Positions 1-8,271 of a DNA stretch of 64,000 bases are shown one piece after another. The number at the start of each line of letters is the position of its first letter. Positions within the stretch are counted from its first letter, which is position 1. This stretch comes from Myxococcota bacterium (GTDB taxonomy: Bacteria; Myxococcota_A; UBA9160; JAFDDA01), in the NCBI GenBank assembly GCA_965228475.1, contig OZ245817.1:2516209-2580208 (forward strand), written 5' to 3'. Under the pieces are notes generated by a model that was given only the letters and a program-made list of their open reading frames with translations, ran no database searches and was not told where the DNA came from. A program made the translations under genes and the position numbers.

Positions 1-309
1 GGGGAACTCGAACGCCTGGGCGTCCCGGTCGCCCGGACCTACCACTGCCCGCACGCGCCCGACGCGGGCTGCGATTGCCGCAAGCCCGAACCGGGCATGC
101 TGCTGCGCGCCCGCGACGAGCTCGGGGCCGACCTCGCCGCGAGCTGGGTGGTCGGCGACAAGCCGAGCGACGTGGGCCTGGCCGAGCGCGGCGGCTGCGC
201 GGGCGGGCTCCTCGTCGGGCGTGGCCTCGAGCCGGGCACGGTCACGGACCTCCGGGAGGCGGCGGACCGGATCCTCGGCGAGACCGGGGGGAAGCCCGGG
301 CGCCCCTAG
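1..309 (+). CDS. gmhB: HAD-IIIA phosphatase, D,D-heptose-1,7-bisphosphate phosphatase-like (GmhB family); 5' end cut by window edge
   Basis: Frame 1 is open from nt 1. The translation GELERLGVPVARTYHCPHAPDAGCDCRKPEPGM has the Cys/His zinc-site pattern followed by RKP, and later VVGDKPSDV (HAD motif III). Stop at 307-309. Confidence 0.7.
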   Translation, partial: GELERLGVPVARTYHCPHAPDAGCDCRKPEPGMLLRARDELGADLAASWVVGDKPSDVGLAERGGCAGGLLVGRGLEPGTVTDLREAADRILGETGGKPGRP

Positions 310-1100
310 CGCGCCGACCAGACCGGATGGGTCTGCGGGATCACCCGGACGTCACGCAAGGTGCCGCCGAGGCGGCGCTCGAGCGCGAGCATGCGCTCCG
401 CACCCGGCCGCTCCCTCACGCGCGCGGCCGGTGTCACGGGCTGCAGGACGAGCGGGATCTCCGGGTCGACGGCCGCGATCCGCCGCGCCATCTCGTCGAG
501 CTCCGCGTCGCTCGACGCCGGCGTCACCACCGCCTTCACGTAGACCTCGGCGCCTTCGCGCGCGGTCCGAAGGAACCGCTCGTGGGCTTCGTGAAAGTCC
601 GGAACGTCGCCGTGGCGGGGGTCGCTCGCGCGGCGGACGTCGCTCGCGAGCTTCCAGTCCATCGAGACCACGTCGACGTCGCCGATCACCCGGGCGAGCG
701 CCGCCTCGGCGAGCCCGTGGGTCTCGAGGTAGACGCGCGCGCCGGCCGCGCGGAGCCCGCGCGCCAGGGCGCCGACCGCCTCGGGCTGGAGCAACGGCTC
801 GCCTCCGGTGATCGAGACGAAGCGATGCTCGGCCGCCCCGAGCTTCTCGCACGCCGCGAGCAACGCGGCCACCGTGAGCGGGTTCGCGGCGGTCTCGAAG
901 TCGCCCTCCCCGGGCGTGGCCTCGAGGCGCGCCTCCGCGGCAGGCCGCCAGGTTCCGGGCGAGTCGCACCAGGCGCAGCGCAGGTCGCACTCGCCCAGGC
1001 GCACGAAGAGCGTTCGCGTGCCGACCCAGGGCCCCTCCCCCTGGATGGAGGAGAAGACCTCGACCACGTTGACCTCGACGACGGGGTCGGCCGCAGCCAT
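306..1100 (-). CDS. queE: 7-carboxy-7-deazaguanine synthase (radical SAM, QueE)
   Basis: 264-aa ORF. VVEVFSSIQGEGPWVGTRTLFVRLGECDLRCAWCDSPGTW matches the QueE IQGEG plus C-x3-C-x2-C signature. Its ATG lies 4 nt after the stop of the upstream gene. Confidence 0.85.
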   Translation of the reverse strand: MAAADPVVEVNVVEVFSSIQGEGPWVGTRTLFVRLGECDLRCAWCDSPGTWRPAAEARLEATPGEGDFETAANPLTVAALLAACEKLGAAEHRFVSITGGEPLLQPEAVGALARGLRAAGARVYLETHGLAEAALARVIGDVDVVSMDWKLASDVRRASDPRHGDVPDFHEAHERFLRTAREGAEVYVKAVVTPASSDAELDEMARRIAAVDPEIPLVLQPVTPAARVRERPGAERMLALERRLGGTLRDVRVIPQTHPVWSAR

Positions 1101-1104
1101 GCCC

Positions 1105-3936
1105 CTAGCCTTCGAGGATCGTCCGCCCCATGCCGATCTCGGCGATCAGGGCATCGAGACGCTCCGGGTGCGCATCGAGACCGTGGACGAAGACGCGCGC
1201 CACGTGATCGTCCGCGGCGAGCGCATCCACCCAGGCGAGCTTCTGCCCGAGGTGCTGTGCCATCGGCACCACGGCCATCGGTCGCGGCGTGAGGCCCTCG
1301 TGGGTGCCGAGGATCAGCAGACCATCGCCCTCGCGCCGGGCCAGGGAGAGATGCGCGCCGTAGCGCTCGCGCACGACCCGGCCCGTGAGGGAGAGATCGA
1401 ACTCCGCCGGCACGTCGATGATCACCATCGCGTAGCCGCCGAAGTGGACGATGCGGAAGTCCCGGCTCCCGACGAACTCGACCTCGGGCGGCGGCGGCGG
1501 CATCTCCGCGCGGTCGGCCTCCTGGGCCAGCTCGCTCGGACGCCCCGTCAGCAGGGCCTGGAGCTCGTTGCGATGCTCGCCCGGGCGCGCTGCGAGGTCG
1601 CCGAGGCGCCACCACCAGAGCCGGCCCCAGCGCTGGAAGTCGTGCTCCGTGAAGCGGCCCGCCGCGAGGTCCACGAGCTTGTCCGAGAAGCGGCTGCGCC
1701 GCGAGCAGCGCGGCAGCACCAGCGGAACGCAGGACTCGAGGTTCTCCCGCACGTCGACGAAGTCCGAACCGAGGGCCTCCTTCAGCTGCGCGAGGTCTTC
1801 GGGCGGCCAGGCCTGCGTGTCGTACCACTCGATGCGGCCGGCGTAGAGCGCCGCCGCCTGGAGCGCGTCGCGCGCCGGCGAGGCCTGGAAGCCGACCACG
1901 AAGATCGTGGTGTCGTCGCGCAGGTCCGTCGCCACGCTGCGGAAGAACGTCATCAGCTCTTCCTGCGGATAGATCCAGACGCCCTCGACCTGGCGCGCCT
2001 CGCGCGCGAGCAGCATGGCCGCGGCGATCGAGTGCCGGTCCGCGTGGGCGAGCACCGCGGCGCGGCGCGGGCGGTCCTGACGCAGGGGCTCGGGCTCCTC
2101 TTCGGGCTCGGGGGCCTCCGCGAGGGCGAGATCCTCTTCGTCGACGGTGACGTCTTCGTCCTGGTCCTCGACCTCCGGGGACTCTTCGTCGGAAGGGTCG
2201 GCGTCCGCAAGGCTCGGGCGGTCGCGTCCCGGAGGACCTTCGCCGTCCTCCTCCTCGCCCTCTTCCTGCCGGCGGCCCCGGCCGCCGCGGCGGCGGCTGC
2301 GCCCGCGGCGCTTGCGGCCCGCGCTTTCTCCCTCGCCGAGGCCGAAGCTGTCGTCGAGGTCGAAGCTCGAGAGCTCGGCGAAGCGCGGGCGGTCCTCGCC
2401 GGCGTCCTCCCCGCCGTCGTCGCCGGAGTCGTCCGAGGCGTCGAGTTCCAGCGCCGCCGGCCCGTCCGGGATGTCGCCGTTCTCGGAGGCCTCCGCGTTG
2501 CGGCCTCGGCCCCCGCGGCCGCGCCCGCGGCCACGGCCTTCTCGGCGGCCGCGCCCAGCGCGGGCCGGCGCCTCGGCCTCTTCGCCTTCCTCGGCGCTCG
2601 CTTCGGCTCCGGCGTCTTCACCTTCGTCTTCTTCACCGCGCTCGCCGCGGGTCCGCCGCGGTCCACGACGGCCGCGCCCGCGGCGACGCCCCGCCCGCTC
2701 GCGGCCCTCACCGACGGCCGGCGCCGAGGCCGGAGCGCTTCCGGCGGGCACGAGTTGGGTCCCGCGAACGTCGAGCCTCACGGTCTCGAGCGTCAGCCCC
2801 TCGAGCACGCGGACCGCACCCGGCGTCATGGTCTCGGCGGCCACGACCAGGCGCGGCGCGCGGTCGAGACGAACCGGAGGCAGGGCCGAGGTCAGCAGGC
2901 CCGGAACCGAGGGCTGCAGCGCGGCCCAGGCATCGAGGATCGGACCCAGCGCGGCAACGTCGAGGGCCTTACGGACGGCCACCACGACCACCGCACCGTC
3001 CTCGCCGACGCCGACCGCATCGAGCACTTCGCCATCGCTCCCGCCGAGCGGGAAGGCGACCACGGAGCGGAGGCCACAGGCCGCCGCCAGATTCGGGGCC
3101 ACGCCGGCGCGCAGGCCGTCTTCGCTGCGCGTCACCGTGCCGTCGCGGAGCCGCTTGCGGAGCTGGCCCTCTAGCCCGTCGAGGGCGTCTGCGAGGCCCT
3201 CGGCCGTGAGCCGCTGGGGCCCCGTGCGAGCGCCGAAGGTCTCGAGCTGAACCTGGTCGTCCCGGGTGGAGAGGCGCGCCACGCGGCGCGCGACCAGCAC
3301 CAGCTCGACGCCGGCCTCGGTCCCGCGGACACCGCCGGCATGCTTGGCCGCGAGCCCGGAGAGCCCCGCCAGGGCCCGGCTGAAGAGTTCGCGCGCGGTC
3401 GGGTCGGAAAGGCCCGCGCCGACCTGCTCCGGCGGCAGCGCCTTCGGCGCCGGCGCGGCCTCGGGAGCCACGCCCGGGCCCTCGAGCAGGCGCCCGGCCT
3501 CGATGGGCCCGACCTTCACGTCGAGCTCCCCGATCAGCGCCAGGCGGCGACGCGCCGCCGCGCTCCAGCGGGAGACCACGTAGGCCACGGCGGGCTTCGC
3601 CTCCGGCGTCTCCGCCGGGGCTTCGGGTTCGGCCGCGTCGCCGTCCGTCTCGGGCGCGGCGGCGGGCGCCGGCGCGCTGCGGTGCGCCGCCAGCGCGAGC
3701 AGCGCATCGCCCGCATCCTGCGGTGAGAAGACGACGAGCACCTTCGCGCCGGACTCGTCCGCGCCCTCGCCCAGCAGCGCCAGGCTCGACGGCACGTTGT
3801 CGTCGGTGATCGTTTCGAGTGTCTCGACCGGGACCAGCCCGGCCTCGGTCAGGCGGGCCAGCCAGCCCGCGTCGATCGGCTTGCGCCCATCGTCGTCACC
3901 GCCGCTGCGGCGGCGACGTCCGAATCTGCGTTTCAT
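1105..3936 (-). CDS. Large hypothetical protein (943 aa) with a central Arg/Gly- and acidic-rich low-complexity core
   Basis: SD-like GAGGGG lies upstream of ATG 3936. Globular-looking N- and C-terminal parts flank a roughly 230-aa segment (RRRGRGRRGPRRTRGERGEEDEGEDAG..., RGRGRGRGGRGR..., RKRRGRSRRRGGRGRRQEEGEEEDGEG; nt about 2040-2720). No family recognised with confidence. Confidence 0.8.
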   Translation of the reverse strand: MKRRFGRRRRSGGDDDGRKPIDAGWLARLTEAGLVPVETLETITDDNVPSSLALLGEGADESGAKVLVVFSPQDAGDALLALAAHRSAPAPAAAPETDGDAAEPEAPAETPEAKPAVAYVVSRWSAAARRRLALIGELDVKVGPIEAGRLLEGPGVAPEAAPAPKALPPEQVGAGLSDPTARELFSRALAGLSGLAAKHAGGVRGTEAGVELVLVARRVARLSTRDDQVQLETFGARTGPQRLTAEGLADALDGLEGQLRKRLRDGTVTRSEDGLRAGVAPNLAAACGLRSVVAFPLGGSDGEVLDAVGVGEDGAVVVVAVRKALDVAALGPILDAWAALQPSVPGLLTSALPPVRLDRAPRLVVAAETMTPGAVRVLEGLTLETVRLDVRGTQLVPAGSAPASAPAVGEGRERAGRRRGRGRRGPRRTRGERGEEDEGEDAGAEASAEEGEEAEAPARAGRGRREGRGRGRGRGGRGRNAEASENGDIPDGPAALELDASDDSGDDGGEDAGEDRPRFAELSSFDLDDSFGLGEGESAGRKRRGRSRRRGGRGRRQEEGEEEDGEGPPGRDRPSLADADPSDEESPEVEDQDEDVTVDEEDLALAEAPEPEEEPEPLRQDRPRRAAVLAHADRHSIAAAMLLAREARQVEGVWIYPQEELMTFFRSVATDLRDDTTIFVVGFQASPARDALQAAALYAGRIEWYDTQAWPPEDLAQLKEALGSDFVDVRENLESCVPLVLPRCSRRSRFSDKLVDLAAGRFTEHDFQRWGRLWWWRLGDLAARPGEHRNELQALLTGRPSELAQEADRAEMPPPPPEVEFVGSRDFRIVHFGGYAMVIIDVPAEFDLSLTGRVVRERYGAHLSLARREGDGLLILGTHEGLTPRPMAVVPMAQHLGQKLAWVDALAADDHVARVFVHGLDAHPERLDALIAEIGMGRTILEG

Positions 3937-3983
3937 CGTTTCCCCTCAGGAGAGCATTCATCCGGTGGGATGCGCGTTGGCTA

Positions 3984-4044
3984 GGGCACGTTGCCTTCGT
4001 GCCCTCGGGCACGTCGCCGTGCCCCCGTGGCACGCTGCCGTGCC
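3984..4044. repeat. Three tandem palindromic hairpin units (GGGCACG-N4/9-CGTGCCC) in an intergenic spacer
   Basis: Unit 1 is GGGCAC(3984-3989)/GTGCCC(3999-4004). Unit 2 is GGGCACG(4007-4013) tcgc CGTGCCC(4018-4024). Unit 3 is GGCACG(4029-4034) ctgc CGTGCC(4039-4044). Unit spacing is 22-23 nt. Confidence 0.8.
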
Positions 4045-4055
4045 GACCGCCCGCG

Positions 4056-5249
4056 TCAGGGCTTCACCACCAGAGACTCGCTCTCGGTTTCCGAATCTTC
4101 GTTTCCTGCTGCGCGGGTTTCTGCGTCCGCCTGCAGCAGCGGGGCGAGCAGCCGGCCGAGCAGCGCTCGGGCCACCGGGTTGCTCCCCGCCTCTTGTTCG
4201 CGAAAGGCGCGCGCCCCCGCCAGACAAGCCCGGGCGACTTCTTCCTCGCCCGTCTTCCAGAACACATAGGCCGATTCCGCGAATCGCGCAGCCGTGAGCG
4301 CGGAAAACCCTTCATCGTAGGCCGCTTCCGACGCTTCCCGCAGAATCTCCTCGAACCGCTCCTGCCGGGCCGGGCCGCTCACGACGATCTTCGACTCCCG
4401 GACCTCTTCGAGGGCATCGATGGCCGGCTTCAGCCGCTCGGGCGGCGGCGGCCAGGGGCCGAGACGCCCGGTCTCGATGAAGCCGAGCAGCCGGCTGCGA
4501 TCCTCGCCATCCGGCTCGGGCAGCTCTGCTTCCGCGACGGCTCCGGGCGCCGCCGTGCCTTCCGGCGCTCCGGTGATCTGGCCGCGCCATTCGCCGAAGG
4601 CCCGGGGCAGCGCGCGGTCGGTGGGCTGGGCCTTCGCCGCGTGCCCGACGAGCCAGCGGGCCTGGTCGGGCGAAACCGGGACCCCGGCGCCGGCGCCCTC
4701 CTTCGTCGCATCGCGCAGGAAGCGGCGCGCCTTGCCGCGCGTCGCCCGGTAGACGTCGCAGCGCCGGATCCCGAGCTGATCGTCGATCACGAGTTCGAAG
4801 ATCCGGGCGCCGCCCGCCGGGTTGGTGCCGACGATGACGACCGAGCGCGACCCGCCCGCGTCGAGCGGCGAGACGAAGGCCCCTTCGACGCCCTCTTCCA
4901 ACTCCGGGAGCGTGGCGACGCGCGGCGCGGCCGGCGCGTCTTCGAGCTTCACGCCGCGGCTGCGGAGCCGATGGCGAACGCGGCGGAGCGCCTTCTTCCC
5001 GGCCTTGGTGAGCTCCTCCTCACGCAGGCCGCCCACGGCCGCGAGGCCCGCTTCCTGCTCGGCCCACTCGGCCGCGAGCTCACAGCCGTCCTCGGGAACC
5101 TCGGAGAGCATCCAGACGAGGACGCTGTGGATCTGCTTCTCGTCGAGTCCGGCGAGCACGCGGTCCGGGTCTCCGTTCGCGGGCCGGATCACGTCCTCGA
5201 GTTCGGGCAGCGCCTCGGCGGCGCGGTCGAGCGCGTCCGCCAGGCTCAT
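4056..5249 (-). CDS. Hypothetical protein (397 aa)
   Basis: Start taken at ATG 5249 (MSLADALDRAAEALPELEDV...), which forms an ATGA overlap with the cutA stop. The track's upstream extension is Arg/Pro-rich and overlaps cutA. No family recognised. Confidence 0.6.
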   Translation of the reverse strand: MSLADALDRAAEALPELEDVIRPANGDPDRVLAGLDEKQIHSVLVWMLSEVPEDGCELAAEWAEQEAGLAAVGGLREEELTKAGKKALRRVRHRLRSRGVKLEDAPAAPRVATLPELEEGVEGAFVSPLDAGGSRSVVIVGTNPAGGARIFELVIDDQLGIRRCDVYRATRGKARRFLRDATKEGAGAGVPVSPDQARWLVGHAAKAQPTDRALPRAFGEWRGQITGAPEGTAAPGAVAEAELPEPDGEDRSRLLGFIETGRLGPWPPPPERLKPAIDALEEVRESKIVVSGPARQERFEEILREASEAAYDEGFSALTAARFAESAYVFWKTGEEEVARACLAGARAFREQEAGSNPVARALLGRLLAPLLQADAETRAAGNEDSETESESLVVKP

Positions 5250-5584
5250 CGGCCGGACTCCGCACAGACCCACTCGAGGTAGGGAACGCTGCCTCCCGCG
5301 GCGGGCAGGGCCAGCACCTCGGGCAGGTCGTAGGGATGGAGCGCGCGGACGCGCTCGCACAAACTTTCCATGCACTCCTCGGTCGTCTTGATCACGAGCA
5401 GGACCTCCGCATCGTCCTGCACCGCGCCTTCGTAGCGATAGATCGAACGGACCCGCGGGACGACGTTCACGCACGCGGCGAGCCGCTCGGTGACGATCGT
5501 CCGAGCCAGATCCGCCGCGACCGCCTCTTCGGGGGCCGTCACCAGCACGACCCGAATCCGTCCGGCCAGCGCCGCCTCGGTCAC
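5246..5584 (-). CDS. cutA: Divalent-cation tolerance protein CutA
   Basis: RVVLVTAPEEAVAADLARTIVTERLAACVNVVPRVRSIYRYEGAVQDDAEVLLVIKTT...HPYDLPEVLALP is CutA1-like. Start placed at GTG 5584 (112 aa) because the upstream start at 5635 would overlap the dGTPase gene by 29 nt. Confidence 0.8.
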   Translation of the reverse strand: MTEAALAGRIRVVLVTAPEEAVAADLARTIVTERLAACVNVVPRVRSIYRYEGAVQDDAEVLLVIKTTEECMESLCERVRALHPYDLPEVLALPAAGGSVPYLEWVCAESGR

Positions 5585-5606
5585 GCCGCAGCCTCTCGGG
5601 CCCGGC

Positions 5607-6755
5607 TCACCCGCCCTGCCCCACCAACCGGGCATGCTCGGACTGGGCGAAGCGGTCCGTCATGCCGGCAATGTAGTCTGCGATGGCCCTCGCTTCACCC
5701 TCCTCCGGGAAGCGGCTCCGCACGGCCTCCGGCAGCGCCGCGGGCTTCTCGGCGAAGCACTCGTAGAGCTCCGAGAGCACGCGTTCGGCGCGGCGGTTCA
5801 CTTCGGCCACCTGGGGATGGTCGTAGAGGTGCTCGAACAAGAACGTCTTGAGGGAGAGGAATCGCTCGGTGACGGAGCGCGAGAACCCGACGAAGGGGCG
5901 CTCGTCGTCGCGCACCGCATCGACGCCGGCGGGCCTCGCCTCCTCGAGCCGGGCCGAAGTCGCTTCGACGAGGTCCGTCACCAGGAGGTTGATCAGGCCC
6001 CCGACGGTCTGCGCCCGCTTCACGCGCTCCCCCGCCTCCGGCATCTCGGCCTCCACGCGGGCACGCATCTCGTTCCAGAGCGGCGCGTCCTCGAGCTGCC
6101 CGAGCGTCAGCAGGCCGGAGCGCAGGCCGTCGTCGAGATCGTGATTCACGTAGGCGATCTCGTCGGCGCGGTCAGCGATCTGGGCTTCGAGCGTGGGCTG
6201 CCGCCGGAGAGGCGGGAGCGGCACGGGGTGCGGCCAGTTCGCGCCGTGCTTGCAGAGGCCTTCGCGCGTTTCGTGGGTGAGGTTCAGACCGCCTACGTGC
6301 GGGTAGCGCTCCTCGAGCGCATCGACGATGCGCAGGGTCTGGCGGTTGTGGTCGAAGCCGCCCTCCTCCGAAAGGAGCCGGTCGAGCACGCGCTCGCCGG
6401 CGTGGCCGAAGGGCGGGTGCCCGAGGTCGTGGGCCAGGACTACGGCCTCCGCCAGATCCTCGTTCAGCCGGAGCGCCCGGGCGAGCGAGCGCGTGATCTG
6501 CCCGCCCTCGATCGTGTGGGTCAGGCGATTGCGGAAGTGGTCGCCCTCGTGAAAGACGAAGACCTGGGTCTTGTACTCGAGGCGCCGGAAGGCCGTGCTG
6601 TGGATCACGCGGTCGCGATCGCGGTGGAAGACGGTGCGGTAGCCGTGGTGCGGCTCGGGAACCACCCGGCCCCGGCTCTCGGCCGCCCGCATGGCCCAGG
6701 GCGCGAGCCGTTCGGCCTCTTCGGCCTCGCAGGCCTCCCGCGTGCGCAGGCTCAC
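5607..6755 (-). CDS. dgt: dGTPase-like deoxynucleoside triphosphate triphosphohydrolase (HD domain)
   Basis: YRTVFHRDRDRVIHSTAFRRLEYKTQVF and VLAHDLGHPPFGHAGE are dGTPase-family signatures. Start is uncertain (GTG 6755 or ATG 6692). The track's longer N-terminus is Pro/Arg/Ser-rich junk. Confidence 0.85.
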   Translation of the reverse strand: MSLRTREACEAEEAERLAPWAMRAAESRGRVVPEPHHGYRTVFHRDRDRVIHSTAFRRLEYKTQVFVFHEGDHFRNRLTHTIEGGQITRSLARALRLNEDLAEAVVLAHDLGHPPFGHAGERVLDRLLSEEGGFDHNRQTLRIVDALEERYPHVGGLNLTHETREGLCKHGANWPHPVPLPPLRRQPTLEAQIADRADEIAYVNHDLDDGLRSGLLTLGQLEDAPLWNEMRARVEAEMPEAGERVKRAQTVGGLINLLVTDLVEATSARLEEARPAGVDAVRDDERPFVGFSRSVTERFLSLKTFLFEHLYDHPQVAEVNRRAERVLSELYECFAEKPAALPEAVRSRFPEEGEARAIADYIAGMTDRFAQSEHARLVGQGG

Positions 6756-6783
6756 GGGGAGAAGGCCCCGAGCGGGAGCGGTC

Positions 6784-7056
6784 TCACGGAGAGAGGCCTT
6801 CGCGCTCGAGGAGGCCGTCGAGCTCGCGACGGGAGGCGTCGTCGATGTGTTCCCGGACCGGCGCTTCCCGTGCCTCGGTGGCACGGGGCGCGGGCTTCGG
6901 CTTCGCCGGACGCGCGCCGACGGCCGGGGCACCGCGGCTCTCGGCGGATCCGTCGCGAGCCTCGGGAACCGCCTCCGGGCCGGCCGGGGTCGAAAGCAGG
7001 AGCCAGCCGGCGAGTGCGGCGGCGGCGAGCCCGAAGGGAAGAAGGAGCCAGCGCAT
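6784..7056 (-). CDS. Possible small signal-anchored/secreted protein (90 aa)
   Basis: MRWLLLPFGLAAAALAGWLLLS looks like a signal or anchor sequence and is followed by a Pro/Ala/charged tail. It sits directly upstream of the dGTPase gene on the same strand. There is no homology support. Confidence 0.35.
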   Translation of the reverse strand: MRWLLLPFGLAAAALAGWLLLSTPAGPEAVPEARDGSAESRGAPAVGARPAKPKPAPRATEAREAPVREHIDDASRRELDGLLEREGLSP

Positions 7057-7070
7057 GGCAACGGGCACGA

Positions 7071-7076
7071 TAGGAT
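7071..7076 (+). promoter_or_regulatory. -10-like hexamer TAGGAT, 7 nt upstream of the aminotransferase start; no SD (leaderless candidate)
   Basis: TAGGAT at 7071-7076, GTG at 7084, and no purine-rich SD between them. This is part of a pattern that recurs through the window. Confidence 0.35.
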
Positions 7077-7083
7077 ATGCGCC

Positions 7084-8205
7084 GTGAGCACACCCGAAGA
7101 AGTCACCGTCCCCGAACGCCTCCTGCTCGGCCCCGGCCCCTCGAACGTGAACGTCCGGGTCCGCCAGGCGATGGGTCAGCCGCTGCTCGGGCACCTCGAC
7201 CCCGCGTTCCTCGACATCATGGAGAGCGTGAAGGCCGGCCTGCGCCGCCTGTTCGGCACCGAGAACGACATGACCCTGCCGCTCTCGGCCACGGGCAGCG
7301 CGGGCATGGAGGCGTGCTTCGTCAACCTGCTCGAGCCGGGCGACGCGGTCGTGGTCGGCGTGAACGGCGTGTTCGGCAACCGCATGTGCGAGGTCGCCCA
7401 CCGCGCGGGCGCGAACGTGCACCGGGTCGATGCGCCATGGGGCGAGCCCCTCCCCGAAGAGGCGATGGTCGCCGCGATCGAGAAGCACGGCCCGCGCGTC
7501 GTGGCCTTCGTCCACGCGGAGACCTCGACCGGGGTCTGCCAGCCCGTCGAAACGATCGCGCGGGCGGCCCGGGAGGCCGGCGCCTTCGTGCTGCTCGACT
7601 GCGTGACGTCCCTGGCCGGCCTGCCCCTCGAGATCGACGCCTGGGGCGTCGACGCCGTCTACAGCGGAACGCAGAAGTGCCTCTCGTGCCCGCCCGGGCT
7701 CTCCCCGGTGAGCTTCAGCCCGCGGGCGGTCGAGCGCGTGGCGGCCCGGCGCACGCCCGTCCAGAGCTGGTACCTCGACGTCTCGCTTCTCGCCGGTTAC
7801 TACGGCAGCGAGCGCGTCTACCACCACACCGCCCCGATCTCCGCGATCTACGGCATCGCCGAGGGCCTCCGCGTCGTCGAGGAAGAAGGGATGCCGGCCC
7901 GGGAGAAGCGCCACCGCGAAGCCTCGGCGCGGCTGCTCGCGGGCCTCGCGCCGCTCGGCTTCGAGCCGCTGGTGGCGGAGCCCTACCGCCTCCCCCAGCT
8001 GAACACCGTGAAGCTCCCGGAAGCCGTCGTGACCCACGGCGAGGGGGCACTCCGAGCCCGCCTGCTCGATCACCACGGGATCGAGGTCGGTGGCGGGCTC
8101 GGCGATCTCGCGGGGAAGATCTGGCGCATCGGCCTGATGGGCGAGAACGCTCGCCCGGAGCCCGTCGAGCGTCTGCTCGGGGCGCTTCGCCAGGAGCTCG
8201 CCTGA
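7084..8205 (+). CDS. Class-V PLP aminotransferase (serine-pyruvate / alanine-glyoxylate type)
   Basis: LLLGPGPSNV, SATGSAGMEA, HAETSTGV and YSGTQKCLSCPPGLSPVSF (PLP-Lys context) are present. Start set at in-frame GTG 7084 because the upstream 131 codons of the track ORF are Arg/Gly-rich. Confidence 0.85.
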   Translation: MSTPEEVTVPERLLLGPGPSNVNVRVRQAMGQPLLGHLDPAFLDIMESVKAGLRRLFGTENDMTLPLSATGSAGMEACFVNLLEPGDAVVVGVNGVFGNRMCEVAHRAGANVHRVDAPWGEPLPEEAMVAAIEKHGPRVVAFVHAETSTGVCQPVETIARAAREAGAFVLLDCVTSLAGLPLEIDAWGVDAVYSGTQKCLSCPPGLSPVSFSPRAVERVAARRTPVQSWYLDVSLLAGYYGSERVYHHTAPISAIYGIAEGLRVVEEEGMPAREKRHREASARLLAGLAPLGFEPLVAEPYRLPQLNTVKLPEAVVTHGEGALRARLLDHHGIEVGGGLGDLAGKIWRIGLMGENARPEPVERLLGALRQELA

Positions 8206-8271
8206 TCGCCGCCCCTGCCGGCTGGATTGACCCCACACGGGCCGGGCGGTATACCCGCTCCCGTACGAACA

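Noticed and set aside
2040-2720. Periodic GC-rich short repeats that might suggest a CRISPR-like or minisatellite array
   Set aside because: The periodicity is codon-level (CGN/GGN and GAR runs) inside an open reading frame that encodes RG and acidic tracts. There is no repeat-spacer architecture.
808-3250. 788-aa and 367-aa plus-strand ORFs opposite the 943-aa gene
   Set aside because: They have low-complexity Arg/Ser/Pro composition, no start context, and are antisense to a gene with a good SD and coherent domain layout.
5585-5635. Longer CutA N-terminus (MPGWWGRAGEPGPRGCG) from the upstream start at 5635
   Set aside because: It would overlap the 3' end of the dGTPase gene by 29 nt and adds a non-conserved Gly/Pro/Arg stretch. 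GTG 5584 gives a canonical-length CutA.
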